From contig CM052816.1 of assembly GCA_028534125.1 (NCBI GenBank), positions 13,208,001-13,272,000 on the forward strand: a DNA stretch of 64,000 bases. The letters are read 5' to 3'. How positions within the stretch are numbered: the stretch's first letter is position 1; the number at the start of each line of letters is the position of its first letter. The notes under the pieces were generated by a model, which saw only the letters and a list, made by a program, of their open reading frames with translations, made no database searches and was not told where the DNA came from. This DNA is from Lama glama (taxonomy: Eukaryota). Shown one piece after another: positions 1-11,460 of this stretch. The translations under genes and the position numbers were made by a program.

Positions 1-1320
1 TTCTTTCTTTTTTTTTTAAATTTTGCTCTTTAGGTTAAAGAGTCAAAGAACTCTAGAAAAGGAACAGAATGAATGTAGAACTATAGGGAAAGGCAAAAAG
101 AGCTAAGGACATTGAGAGAGATTTCAAAAGAGTTTGGGGTCATCACAGTTCTAAAATGAATGCAGAACAAAATTCCAAACTGGGCATTATGTAATTCTAC
201 ATAGGACAATAGTGGGGACATTTGTCATTACGAGGTCTGCAACATTTTACACATAAGAAAATGTGCAGTTTTATGGTCTTTATCATTCAGGTTTCAGAAG
301 TGTCTGTTTTTCTCTTGGCACACTTAAAAAGGCGAGTACAAATCGAATGCTATTTTAATAACCTTCATGGTACAGTATTACATATTAGATGCTGTTCATT
401 GTTTCTTACCCCATATTTGTTTCCCACAGCACACCACTGCTTTTACATTAGACGTCTACCCTGTAGGGAGGAAAATGGGTCTAAAATACAAAGCTAGCCC
501 TTTCTCTTTGCAGACATCCTGCAATTAGCTCAAGTTCTCATCTCTTCACAGCAAGATCCTATTGCACAAAACACAAGTCTTCTTTTCTCAACATGTTTTT
601 GCCAGATGTTTCCACGAAAAAAAAAAAAAAAGGAAAGGCAAAGTTTTTTGTACGTATTGGTGTGAATGACTTCATCCTTAATGACTGCTTCAAAATGTTC
701 CTCCTTCTTAACTCAGTGAATGAGTTCTCCCCCAGAGCCTGGGTCCAGGACATCTACTCTCTCCGTCTTTACAGACTCTCAGTATTTCATCCATGTGTGA
801 CTGCCCCACGTGCCTGCAGGAAGAGTCAGACTTTCAGCAACCCTCACACTCATCCTATCGTCTTGGCCCAATAGACCCAAAATAAGCACTTTAGTTTTTG
901 ACCGAAGGAAACGCAATCACTGCAAATTAACGTGAGAAATGGCTGCTCTCTCTCCAGTTAACTTTACAGTTTTGTCTGGTTAAGGAATGATTCTCTGCTC
1001 TGCGATGAAACGTGGTGATAAGTTTACATCCGTATTAGCAGTCAGGCTCCGTCTACTTTGTTTGAGATAGCAAGGCTTTTAGCTTTGCTAGAGAATGTCT
1101 GTATATTCTAAAATGTTTTCCATGCTTATGATCTTACTTATTTCTGTCATCCACACTGAATTTTGTAAAAGTTTTGGGTCTCTGTTAAATTGTATAATTT
1201 GCTTTGAAAAGTACACTTAAAATGCAGTTTTTTTAATTGTTTAAAGCTGTGCTCAACATCAAACCTACCTTGGGTATCTTTAGAAAACTTATATCCGTGG
1301 ACAAATCTAATAGTGTTCTT

Positions 1321-1451
1321 TTTTAAATATTTTACTTTATTTTACTTAATTTTATTTTATTTTATTTTATTTAATGGAGGTCCTGGAGATTGAACCCAGG
1401 ACCTTGTGCATGCTAAGCATGTGCTCTCACCACTGAGCTATACCCAGCCCC
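1321..1451 (-). mobile_element. tRNA-Ala-like SINE (Vic-1 type)
   Basis: Minus strand GGGGCTGGGTATAGCTCAGTGG...GCTTAGCATGCACAAGGTCCTGGGTTCAATC (A and B boxes), AT-rich tail, TSD TAATAGTG at 1308 and 1452. Confidence 0.85.
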
Positions 1452-2257
1452 TAATAGTGGTTTTGTAAACAGCACCTCGCCTGAACGTGACTTGAAACAA
1501 ATTAATATATTAAAAGAAAATATTTGAACCCTTTCTGATGACTTTGTAAGTCGAGGTGACCTTAGGGAACCTGATTCAGCCCCCTGATTTGGTAGCTGGC
1601 CCAGCAGAGGGAGTCGCAGCAGTCACGCATCTGATTAGTGAAGATATCTTGACCCTCATTCTCTATTCCACATCTGCCAATAACAGATGGCACTGAATTT
1701 TCATTTGGAAACCCAAAACAAAGCAGCAACAAAATCTCATCACAGTTTATCTAAGACATTGGCCTGGTATCACTGACAATGATGCCTATATATACAAGAC
1801 AATATTTTGCTCGAACTATTCCATGGGTTGGGCCAATGTTGCCACACTCTCATTTGATAAATGTGGAAACAACATGACTGTAAGCTCCTGCAAGGATGGG
1901 TGGTATGTGGTTAAAGAGGAGGAGGAAAGACTTCATAGTTCCATGTGTGTCCAGATCTCGACTTTACCCTGGGAAAGTTACTGGGAAAGTTACTGAATTT
2001 CTCCAAGCCTCAGTTTTCTGATGTAAACACTGGATTAGGAAGGAACTTCTTCACAGGGCCATTGTGAGGAATGAATGAAGGCATAGATGAGCTGGAGCGC
2101 GGGTAGTGCTGTATCGGTCGCACAGCAAGCCCCTGGCCTAGCGCCTTTGCTGTATTTGGTTACGATCCCGAAGGCTGGCAGCTGCCTGGATTAGAGAGGC
2201 CGGGAGGGAAGGAGCAGAAGGTGGTGTCACAGATGAGAGGGAGCTTTCAAGCACAGG

Positions 2258-2830
2258 TTGCTAGACATTCCTGGTCCTCACCAATATCTGCCCTCCCCCT
2301 CCCTCCCAAATGCAGGAGACACTGCATTTCCGCACCCCCTACCAGTTAGGTGGGGCCAAGGTCGGGACGAGGGCGAGATGGGTAAGTTGCCTAAGATGAC
2401 AAGTATAAGGAGCTACTGGCCATCAGGGTCACACAAGTGCCAATCCTGTGCTTGCGTGATCCAAACAGCCCGTGCCTCCCTAGATGTCACATTGAGGGCT
2501 TCACTCCTTTCAGCCTTGTCCCACCCTGAGGAAGGCCACGGGACGAGGTCTGGCCCGTGAGCTACAACTGGAGGTGACCCTGAAGAGCCAGCGCCGGATG
2601 GTCCCCCATACTCCCTCTCTCGGCCTCAGCAAGCCAGGAGGTTGCCCGTTCTAGGTGGTGGGGCTCAGGGGCTCTGCAGCACATGTCACGGGGTCCCCTG
2701 CCAATCTACCTGGACATGGAACGTGATCAAGAAATGAAATTGCGTTGAACCACTGAGATTTGGGCCTTTTTTTTTTAAATTTGCTTTTGCTTTACTACTG
2801 CTGCTGCCACACACCCAGCCTACTTTTCTT
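2258..2830 (+). mobile_element. ERVL-MaLR LTR (MLT1-like)
   Basis: CAGTTAGGTGGGGCCAAGG, CAAGAAATGAAATTGCGTTGAACCACTGAGATTTGGG and CCCAGCCTA motifs. Confidence 0.6.
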
Positions 2831-4984
2831 CTCAGTATTAATGTTATCCCAACCCAAATAAATCATTTTTGTCACTCTTGCCATGAGTATTACATATGGC
2901 AGAGTGAAGTTTAGATGTTGGCCTTGACCCTTTCCAGTTGTATTTTCTCTGAGCTTCAGTTTCCTCAGCCAATAAAATGGCGCTGATAAGCCTTGACTTG
3001 CAGGGCTATTGGGTGAGGTTTGGGGGTGGGAGAGGGGAAGCCGCATCCTCGCTGGCTGTAAATGGGAATGTCCCTCCTGAGAAGTTTCTTGTGGGCAGGG
3101 AATTTCTCTGTATCCCCAAGGCCTAGCACAGTGTCTTGGTGTGTTACAAACATTTAATAGATGTTTGTTGATTAAGTGAAAGAAGACGGCTTTACGAGTG
3201 ATAGCAAATTTTCTACACACTAAAAGCTAAGAGCCATCAGTCAACCAAGAAAATAGCCCAGCTTGTCTCCTGAGTCTCCCTGTGAATCTCTTATTCATAT
3301 TATTTCGGTGCCTGCATCAGCTGGGTTGTCAAGGTTACCTCTCATCCTCTTTGGAATATTATTAGATGTTGACCCATATTGAGCCCGAATTACACATAGA
3401 CCTGGATGTGTGTTTGCCTCCCCTACTGTTCTGGCTACTGGCACTCTCTCTTCTGATCTGTTTCCCTCATTCTACTGTATTTAAGTTTGTGAAGGATTGA
3501 GAAGTTTGGCTATTCACTAGAATGAGATATCACTCTGTATTATACTGACTCAGTGGGATTTCAAGGGACTTAGATTCTAACCTGGAATAAGTTGCAAAGT
3601 TCTTTTCTTAGCATTTCAGTGAGATTCTATCTCTTCCTTCTAAAGGAAGTAGGTACTACGTGGAGTTCCCCTCATAGTTCTGATCACCTCTCCTACTTTC
3701 TTAAGTTTTCACCATCATCACCATCGTCATGTCAGCAGTTTATTTGTTTGGTTCTCTTTTCACTAAGGGCTTCACATGCTTTGTATCAGTGAAGCCCCAA
3801 CACAACCTTATGAACGACGTGCTAGTGTAAGTCCTATCCTACGAATGTGAAAGTTGAGGTTCATGAGAATAAGTTACTTATATAGGTGACTAAAGGTCAG
3901 AGCTAGGATTACACGCAGGTTTGATTTCACTCCAAACCCTGTGATCTTACGTTTCCATTGTACCGACTGAGCAAGAGAGAAACACTCAAGGGATCTCAGA
4001 GGTGGCCCCGTTCCTCCTTGTTTCATAAAGTTTTAAAACGTGGATTTGAAAAATGGCAATAACACCTAATATTCTGAGTATCTCAGTAGGGATGGGAAAT
4101 GGAAAATAATAGTTGGTAACGCGGTCTGAAGAATTGGGCTTAAATAAAACATTGCTTAGAAAAATAACCCCCCAACTTCTTTCTAACCTGCATTTTTAAG
4201 AGAATAGAAAGGGAGTGCTCTTTGCTAAAATCGTTTATTGGGATAGAGTATCTTTTTAGTCACATCTAAAGATGTGCATGGTGCAATTAAACATTGAGAA
4301 AATGTCCACTAATGTTATTCTTCAGACTAATTTGAAATAATACATTTTGTTAAAAATAATTAGCTTTCTTTCAAAAAATGACCTCTCAAGCTGAATTTCT
4401 TTCATTTTTGAAGCTAAGCATCTTATGTTTGTTGACCACTTTTCTTTCTTTCCTTGTGAATTATCTACTCATAAAATCTGCCATTTTCTATTGAAGTGTG
4501 TCTCTGTAAATAATTTGCAAGAAGGTTTTATGTATTATGGAAATTAGCCCTTTTGATTATTATATTGTAAGTATTTCCCGAGTTTGTTGTTTATGCTTTC
4601 TTTGTTTATGGCGTTTTCTTTATAAATTTATTTGTAATTGTTATGTTTAAAAAGGTAGCTTTGATACTTCCTCTAACAGGGGAAGAATTTGGATGTTACA
4701 CCTCGTTTCACAAATCTATTTCATGCCAATTTTGAGAAGCCACTGTATAATTTGTGAGGCAATTTGCAGAAGGCTTCCTGTTAGGTCTCCGGGCAACATT
4801 AAATAATAGCCGTGTGCTGATCTGGCGACTTTCCATGCAAGGCCTGGAAGCCATGCCATCAGCGTTCACATCGGTTTGCAATGCCTGGCTGGTTAGAAAA
4901 GGTGTTAACACCAGCCCGTAAAACTACTGCTGCTTTATAGATTTGTTGACATGTCGAGTGATTTGCTGCTGGGAGAAAGAATTT

Positions 4985-5365
4985 TAAAAAGAGAAGAATG
5001 AAAGAAACGCTGGAAAGGGAAAGGTCGGGGTGGGGGGGAATGGGAAGGAAGGATTGGGGGGAAAAAACAAAATTAAAAGAAAAGAAAGGAAATAGGAAAA
5101 GTAAAAAAAAAAACTTAAGGTAGGAAAAAGTTATTAAAGGAAAATGGAAAGATAAGAAAAGGGAAGAAAGAAAAGAAGGAAAGGAAGAAATAAAGAAACA
5201 AAATATAAGTAAAGATGGATGGGTGGATGGATGGATGGATGGGTGAAGGAGGGATAAGAAAGGAAGAAAAGATGGAAGGAAGGAAGGGAAAAAGGGTGAG
5301 TAGAAGGGAGGAAGGAAAAAGGGACAAGTGAAGGAGACAGAGTGAGACGGAGGGAAGAGAAAATC
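4985..5365 (+). repeat. Purine-rich low-complexity tract with (GGAT)n
   Basis: GA-rich, with a GGAT run at ~5215-5242. Confidence 0.85.
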
Positions 5366-6454
5366 AAAACATAAAATTTTAGGCTAAAATCATTTCAACT
5401 CTACAAAGATAGAGAATACAAATTTCCTTTAAATCTAAAGCTCTTCTTTTGCAGGAAGTAAAACTCAAGCCCAGAGAGGGTGAGTAATTGCCTCAACCTC
5501 ACACAGCATGTTTATAACAAAATGAGACTCAGACTCTAGCGTGGTCTCCCAACTTGCAGTCTGATACATCTTCTCTCACACTCTTTTGTTTCACTGGAAA
5601 CTGGCTTTTGATTTGAGCTGACTTCAAACCGCATGAACATAAATAATATTATGGCCACAAGTGAACCTTCTGCTAGACCAGAAAATCTGACCCCATGTGA
5701 TTTTTTTAACTGTAGCACAGTGTCTTAACAGAATTTGACCTGTAATGTGTAAATGCCAAAAAGATAAACGAGCAAGCAGTTCCTTCCTACTTAGAGGAAA
5801 AAAAAAAAAAACTAAAAGAGAAAGTTGTTTGCAACCTCTACTAGGAAAATGTATTTCAAAGGAAATGACTTAAGATAACTTAGGAAAAGGCCAACGTCTT
5901 CAGTACTGTTTGGTAGAATTTTGATTTTTTTGCCCTGGATACATGAGGAGCATTGTGCTTTTTTATTCTCCTGCTGTTTGTGGCCAGAGAGTCAAAGAGA
6001 AGGGGAAGCCAGAGGTGGACGTCGTTGCAGTTGGCTTCTCATTTTAGTGAGTGTGATTTAAGTTGAGACAGGACTTTCCTAAGAAGGGAAGCAGATGGTG
6101 AGTTGTTGCACATCAAAAAGAAAAATTAGGAATAACTGAAAAACCAAAGTATTTCTCCAAATACTCTTAAACACAGATAAGATCCCTTTTAGCGTGCCAT
6201 CAGTGTGCCCCCTTGTTAAGAGGCAGGACTGAGTGAGCAGCTCAGCTGTCTTTCAGTCCCGTGATTTTATATGATTCTATAGCAGTAAAAAAAAAAAATT
6301 CCTTTGCCCTAATTAAGCAGTATTGCTTTAATTTTCTGTTTTACTTTGGCAGCAGGGAACTTGCTTCATTCTATTAATTTGTTTTGGATGGCACTCTGCT
6401 CTATTATCTTAGCTGTTTAGAATTTGTGCCACTGAAGCCAGAGTATTTAGTTTC

Positions 6455-7345
6455 ATCCATTCATTCAACAAATATGTATTGAGCTACCTACACACCGGGC
6501 CCTGATTTAGGTATCGGGCATACAGCGTAAGCACCACAGACTGAAAACCCTGCCCTCAGAGTTGGCACTCGGGTGAGTGGGTGCGTGGAGACACACCATA
6601 AATAAACCGGTACAATCACATACGCTGTGTCAGGCAGTAATAAATGCTATGGAGCAAAATAAAACAAGAGGCTAAAGAGGGCAGGCGGACTGGAGGAGCC
6701 TTAATTGTAGGGCAAGTCAGAGGGTCTCTGATGAGAGAACGCTTGAGCAAAGACCTGAAAGAAACAAGGAGACACAGCTATGGGGTTGTCCCTTGCTTCT
6801 AGTACCCCCAGCAGACAACAAAATCTGCGATGCTCAAGGCCGTTATGTAAAATGACCCACTGCCAGCCACAGGCAGTTGAATCCATGGACGTGGAACCCG
6901 CGAATACCGAGGGCTGACTTTATCTGTGGCTTCCTCCAGGAAGAGGGAGCAAACCTGAGGACACACATTTGGGAGGCATGGCCAAAGCACCGGGGGTGCG
7001 GGGCAGCGCTCAGAAAGGCGGGGGTCCAGTGCTTGTAGCCATCGGAGGCCTTTGGCTCTAACTGCGAGTGAACGGAAAAGGAAAATCCTCTGCGGATGCT
7101 TGAGCAGAGGGCGGTGGTCCACATGTTCACACTATCACACTGGCTGCCAGGTGGAGAAAAGCAAGAAGGTCAAAGGCAGGGGCAGAGCCGCCAGAAGAGA
7201 CTAAGCCAATCCGGGCAGGCGATGACTTGTGTCCTGACAGTGCTGGTGAACGGCGTATGGGCAGATTCCGATACAGTCAGGTTGGGAAGAACAGGAGTTG
7301 TTAATAGACTGCGTGTGAGGCGTGGAAAAGGGGGAGGAGTCAGGA
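6455..7345 (-). mobile_element. L2 fragment interrupted by a Tigger-type element
   Basis: Starts CATTCATTCAACAAATATGTATTGAG (L2 3' end, antisense) with further L2-like segments to ~7345. Confidence 0.75.
6800..6925. mobile_element. TcMar-Tigger-type MITE fragment inside the L2
   Basis: GTTGAATCCATGGACGTGGAACCCGCGAATACCGAGGGCTGACT resembles Tigger-family terminal sequence and the interior of the 60320 element. Confidence 0.6.
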
Positions 7346-9357
7346 TGGCTCCAAAATGGATCCATTGATCTTCATTCCATTATACCTTCAGGTTAGTCTC
7401 TGATGCCCACCACTGCCCTCTTCTCTACCTCCACCCACTCCAGGTCCAGCTGTGTTTATGGCCAATATGTTAATACAAGTTGCCCCATCTATTCTGATTT
7501 TTTCCTTTATGTGAGTTAACAGAGTCCAGACAGAGTTTAAGACTCTAATTGTAACTAGATTTTTGTTGTACATGTTTCCTCTTCATTTTCAATGATTTGT
7601 AGGATTTTATTTATGTTTTCTTGACCTGATTATATATGAGCCTTTGTTGTTATTTTTAAACAGAGGAAGCATATATGAGAGGGAGGGGGAGATGAAGGAA
7701 GGAAGGGGGGATGGATGGATGGATGGATGGGGAAAGAGATAAAAAGAAGAACCTAGGGAAACCAAGGGAAGATTGAGAGAGGGAGAGGAGAGAGAGAATA
7801 TGAAATGGCCAAATAATAAATAGAAAGTTGAGAGAGTAAAGCAGTAAACATAAGAATACATTCATTGGGCAGACAGAGTAAAAGAATGTTCTGGATCCAG
7901 ATAGATTCATCACCCCTCTTGGAACTATTAAAAAAAAAAAAAGATAAGATATTCACTGCCAGGGCAGCACTAGTGTGTCCCCAAGTTGATGACTGATAGA
8001 ACCTAAGGTAATAGTTCATGTTGAGTTACTTTGAGACAAAGAATAAAAGAGGGAAAACCAAATGCAAAAGACTAAGAAGAAAATCTACGTTCAGTATATG
8101 CAAATTCAGAAAAATGTCTCTGTAACTTCAAGCAGGAGGACAGCATTCTAAGTTCATTGTTCTAAGAAGATAGCTGGATAGGATAAATAGTAGCAGCAGG
8201 ATGATGATTTTGAATGGGTTACGTTTATCACCTTGACACCAGGCGTATTGATATATTCATGCTCCATCTCCTTGCATGACAGCTTTGAAAAACAGATATA
8301 AAAGGAAAGGAGAAAAGAAACAAGTGAAGGAATCAGAGTGAAGTGAAAATAAGAGTAAGAAAATAAAGCCGAGGATAATATTAGCGTACAGCCACTCACA
8401 CTCCCCCTGCCCCAGAAAAAAGAAAGAAAAAACAAATGCAAACATAGATTCTGCAAAGTTATTAGAGATAGTGTGTAAGTTTGGTTTCAAGCTTCCTACC
8501 AACCAAAGCAAAGAGGAAAATATGATCATGTATAAAAACCTACAGTTTCTATAAGATTAAGATAAACCGGTAGTGTTGCAGAAGCTAAGACTAGAGTCTA
8601 AAGAAACTGTATTCTTTGGAGCCACATAATATGGATAAAGATCTCGACAATATTCTTTCAACAACTACTGTAACAAGTATCTTAGAACTAGTTTCTTCTT
8701 AGGCTCTTAGTGTACTGTTCATCTTTTCCACTTCTTAAGCAAAACCTCGCCTCTCAATTCTGGTAACTTTCACTTCGTATTTCATATTAATTTTTTTAGA
8801 ACAATTACAAATGTACATCAAGTGATCCTTGTCACCATTGTAACAATTTGACCTGGCTGTTACTTTGTATACCTCCCTTAATGGGATGAAAGGGCAGCCG
8901 TTTCTCAGTGTAATTTCTGCAGATATGTTATGTGAAACAATGACATTTTTGCCACGTCTTCCATTTGACCTGTGTCAAGCAAGCTTTGTGGAAACAAATT
9001 CATCTGACATATTCTGCTATGATTAGGACTGAAGGCCCTAGATGAAAACCTTCTGATTGGGACCGAAGTCAAGATTATCAGTTCCGCTGAGGGTGGGTGT
9101 TTGTGGGCCGGGACAGTTCTGGAGGTCACCATCATTAGTATCAATATGGCCACCTAACTCGCCTCTCACTTGCTCAACCGTTACAAACGTGCTTAAAACT
9201 GAGCTCATTTACAATCTAAATGCTTGTGTGGGCTGGTAAGCAGGGTACAGTGCTAATTTAGGTATTGTTGTTTTAGGGGAAACAAAAGATATGCTAATTT
9301 TTTTTCATCTTCACATTAACTGTAAACTGTGCATCCTTGTCTAGCTCCTTCTCAGGC

Positions 9358-9369
9358 AAATGAGGAAGT
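9358..9369 (+). promoter_or_regulatory. PU.1/ETS motif upstream of exon 1A
   Basis: AAATGAGGAAGT matches the SPI1 consensus, about 140 bp before the exon 1A-like start. Confidence 0.5.
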
Positions 9370-9504
9370 CCTGTTGTTAAAATTAATGTATAAAAATCAA
9401 AATGAACATTTTTTTCCCCCAGCACCTGCTTGATGACAGAGAATTATCATCAATGGCAATCTTGCCCTGGAACGCAGGAGTTCATGTCTTTCCACTGAGT
9501 TGTC

Positions 9505-10507
9505 AGGATGATTGTGGGGTTTGCTCTCAGCCCCTCCAAAAGTCCCCTCTTCCTCTTGTCTTGCTCCCTCTCCCCCTCATTCTTGTGCCTGCGCAGGCAT
9601 CTGAGTAGCCGCTGATGACTTTCACTTCTGCTGGGGAAATTACAACCCACTGTTTCAGACGGTAGAGAAAAGGAGAAAACTTAGATCTTCTGATACCAAA
9701 TCATTGGACTTTGGAGGATCATTAATCTGTCAAGTCCAACAAAACCATAAAATCCCCACGTGTCTCAGAAAAGCACTGGGGCATGAATGGGGAAGGAATT
9801 TTAAAAGGTCAGAAAGGGAAGAGAAAGAAAGAGAAAGAAGGGAAGACAGAAACAAGTAGTGTGGCGTGAACATCCATGCTCTCGTCTATTCCACAAATCC
9901 TTGCTGAGCATCGGGAAGCACCTGGCACCAGACGTCACATGTTAGTTTCCACTAGGGTGTGACTCTGGGAATATCTGCTGAATCAGTCGTTCTGAGCTGA
10001 ACCAGGAAATTCACCAAAGTTAGGAGAAGCATAGTATTAAACAGGGTCACTCTGAAAAAAGTTGTACCCGAGGGGATGAATCCTCTGATCTGAATTTTTC
10101 TCTTCTTGTGAAATTGCCTGCTTCACGTTCAAAGCAAAGAACGGACCAACGACAGCTGTTTGTCCATCAAGAGCTGTGCGGTTGGCTTCCTCTGGAAAAA
10201 GGGATCTGCGTCACTTCTAAGCTAGATTTCGTTCTGCTGCTGTTTCAGAGCGTTAGCCCAGAAAGGGGCCAGCTTCCGTGAGCAGAGTTGCAGAAGCAGG
10301 TGCAACTGACGTCCCGCAGATAATTAACTTTGGCGAGCACTTCACCAGTGCCTACTCTGTGCAAAAATGGAGAGAGACACGGCACAGTTCCTGCCCTCTT
10401 GGGGCTTTCATTGTAACTTCATCAGGACAATTTTCACCTGTATGGCTCCTTCCCTCAAAGAACAAGAAAGGCTTGCCAGAGGCTGCTTGGGTGAAGTGTC
10501 AAGGAAG
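9505..10507 (+). other. NR3C1: Distal exon 1A-like region (1A3-length form)
   Basis: CTTGCTCCCTCTC..CCTCATTCTTGTGCCT, CTTTCACTTCTGCTGGGGAAATT, GGAGAAAACTTAGATCTTCTGATACCAAATCA, GGAATATCTGCTGAATCAGT and GTTAGCCCAG..AAGGGGCCAGCTTC match recalled human exon 1A. About 32 kb upstream of the ATG; candidate donor GAAG|GTTGTA at 10508. Confidence 0.75.
9618..9628 (-). promoter_or_regulatory. IRF-type element in exon 1A
   Basis: ACTTTCACTTC on + strand = GAAGTGAAAGT on - strand. Confidence 0.55.
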
Positions 10508-10707
10508 GTTGTAGGTGGCATTTTCATTCCCATTCTACAGCTGAGTAAGGTGAGTTCTAACGAAGTCAAGTTACTTGCTAAAGGTCACCCAGAGGTCAGG
10601 AAAAAAAGTTGATCGCAGGACTGATGTCATATGCTGGGTCGTTTAAACTGAAAAGGAAGGAAACATTCATATCTAAAAAGAAGTGCGTTGCTCTGAGTTT
10701 CTTGGTT

Positions 10708-11460
10708 TCATTTATTCAGCAAGTAGGTGCCAAGCACCATTCTAGGCCTTGAGGATACAAGCAGTGAACAAAACGAAACTCACACGGTGCTACATCTAGA
10801 TAGGAGAGCCAGACAACGCATTTTCTCTACATATATACCGTATCAGGTGAGAAGTGCTATGAAGAAAATGAAAACATAGTGGGTAGCGAGTGCTGGGAGG
10901 GGGCTGTCTTAGAGTCAGGAGGGGGCTCCTCTGAGGAGGTGACATTTGAACTGAGGTCTGAATAAAGAGAAGCCCGTTATGTGGATGGCTATGTGAGGGG
11001 CTCCAGGCAGGGGAACAGCAGGTAGAAAGGAGGGTGCTTGGCAAGTCTGAGAAACAGCAAGACGAGCTGCGGGCTGGGAGCAGACAGAACCTGGGGTGGT
11101 GGGGACGCCGGCCAGCAAAGCAGACAGGGGCCAGGGGTAAACTCTGGCTTTGATGCTGAGTGAGACGGAGAAGCTACCGGGGGTTTTAAGCCAAGGACTC
11201 GCCACCATCTGGCTTCGCTTTAGCAGGATCCCTGTGGCTGGTGTGCGCACGGGTTGTGGAGAGGCGAGTGTGGAAGCAGGGAGGCAGTCAGGAAGCTGCT
11301 GTGATCGTGTGAATGAGAGACGGGAGGACTCGGGTAGGGCTGGACCTGTGGAGCTGGCGAAGGTGGCCACCGCGGTACGAACTCTCAATGTGAAGTCTGC
11401 AGGGTTTGCTGAAGGGCAGGATATGGGGCGTGAGAGAAGGAGAGGCTTACAGACCAGAAA
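10708..11460 (-). mobile_element. L2 fragment
   Basis: TTCATTTATTCAGCAAGTAGGTGCCAAGCACCATTCTAGG...GAGGAGGTGACATTTGAACTGAG...GGAAGCAGGGAGGCAGTCAGGAAGCT typical of antisense L2. Confidence 0.8.

Noticed and set aside
1375..1451. tRNA-Ala gene
   Set aside because: AT-rich tail, TSD and several diverged copies in the window mark it as a SINE.
1969..1995. Short tandem duplications (12 bp here; also near 25229, 47257 and 48712)
   Set aside because: Ordinary two-copy slippage events with no further structure; not CRISPR-like arrays.
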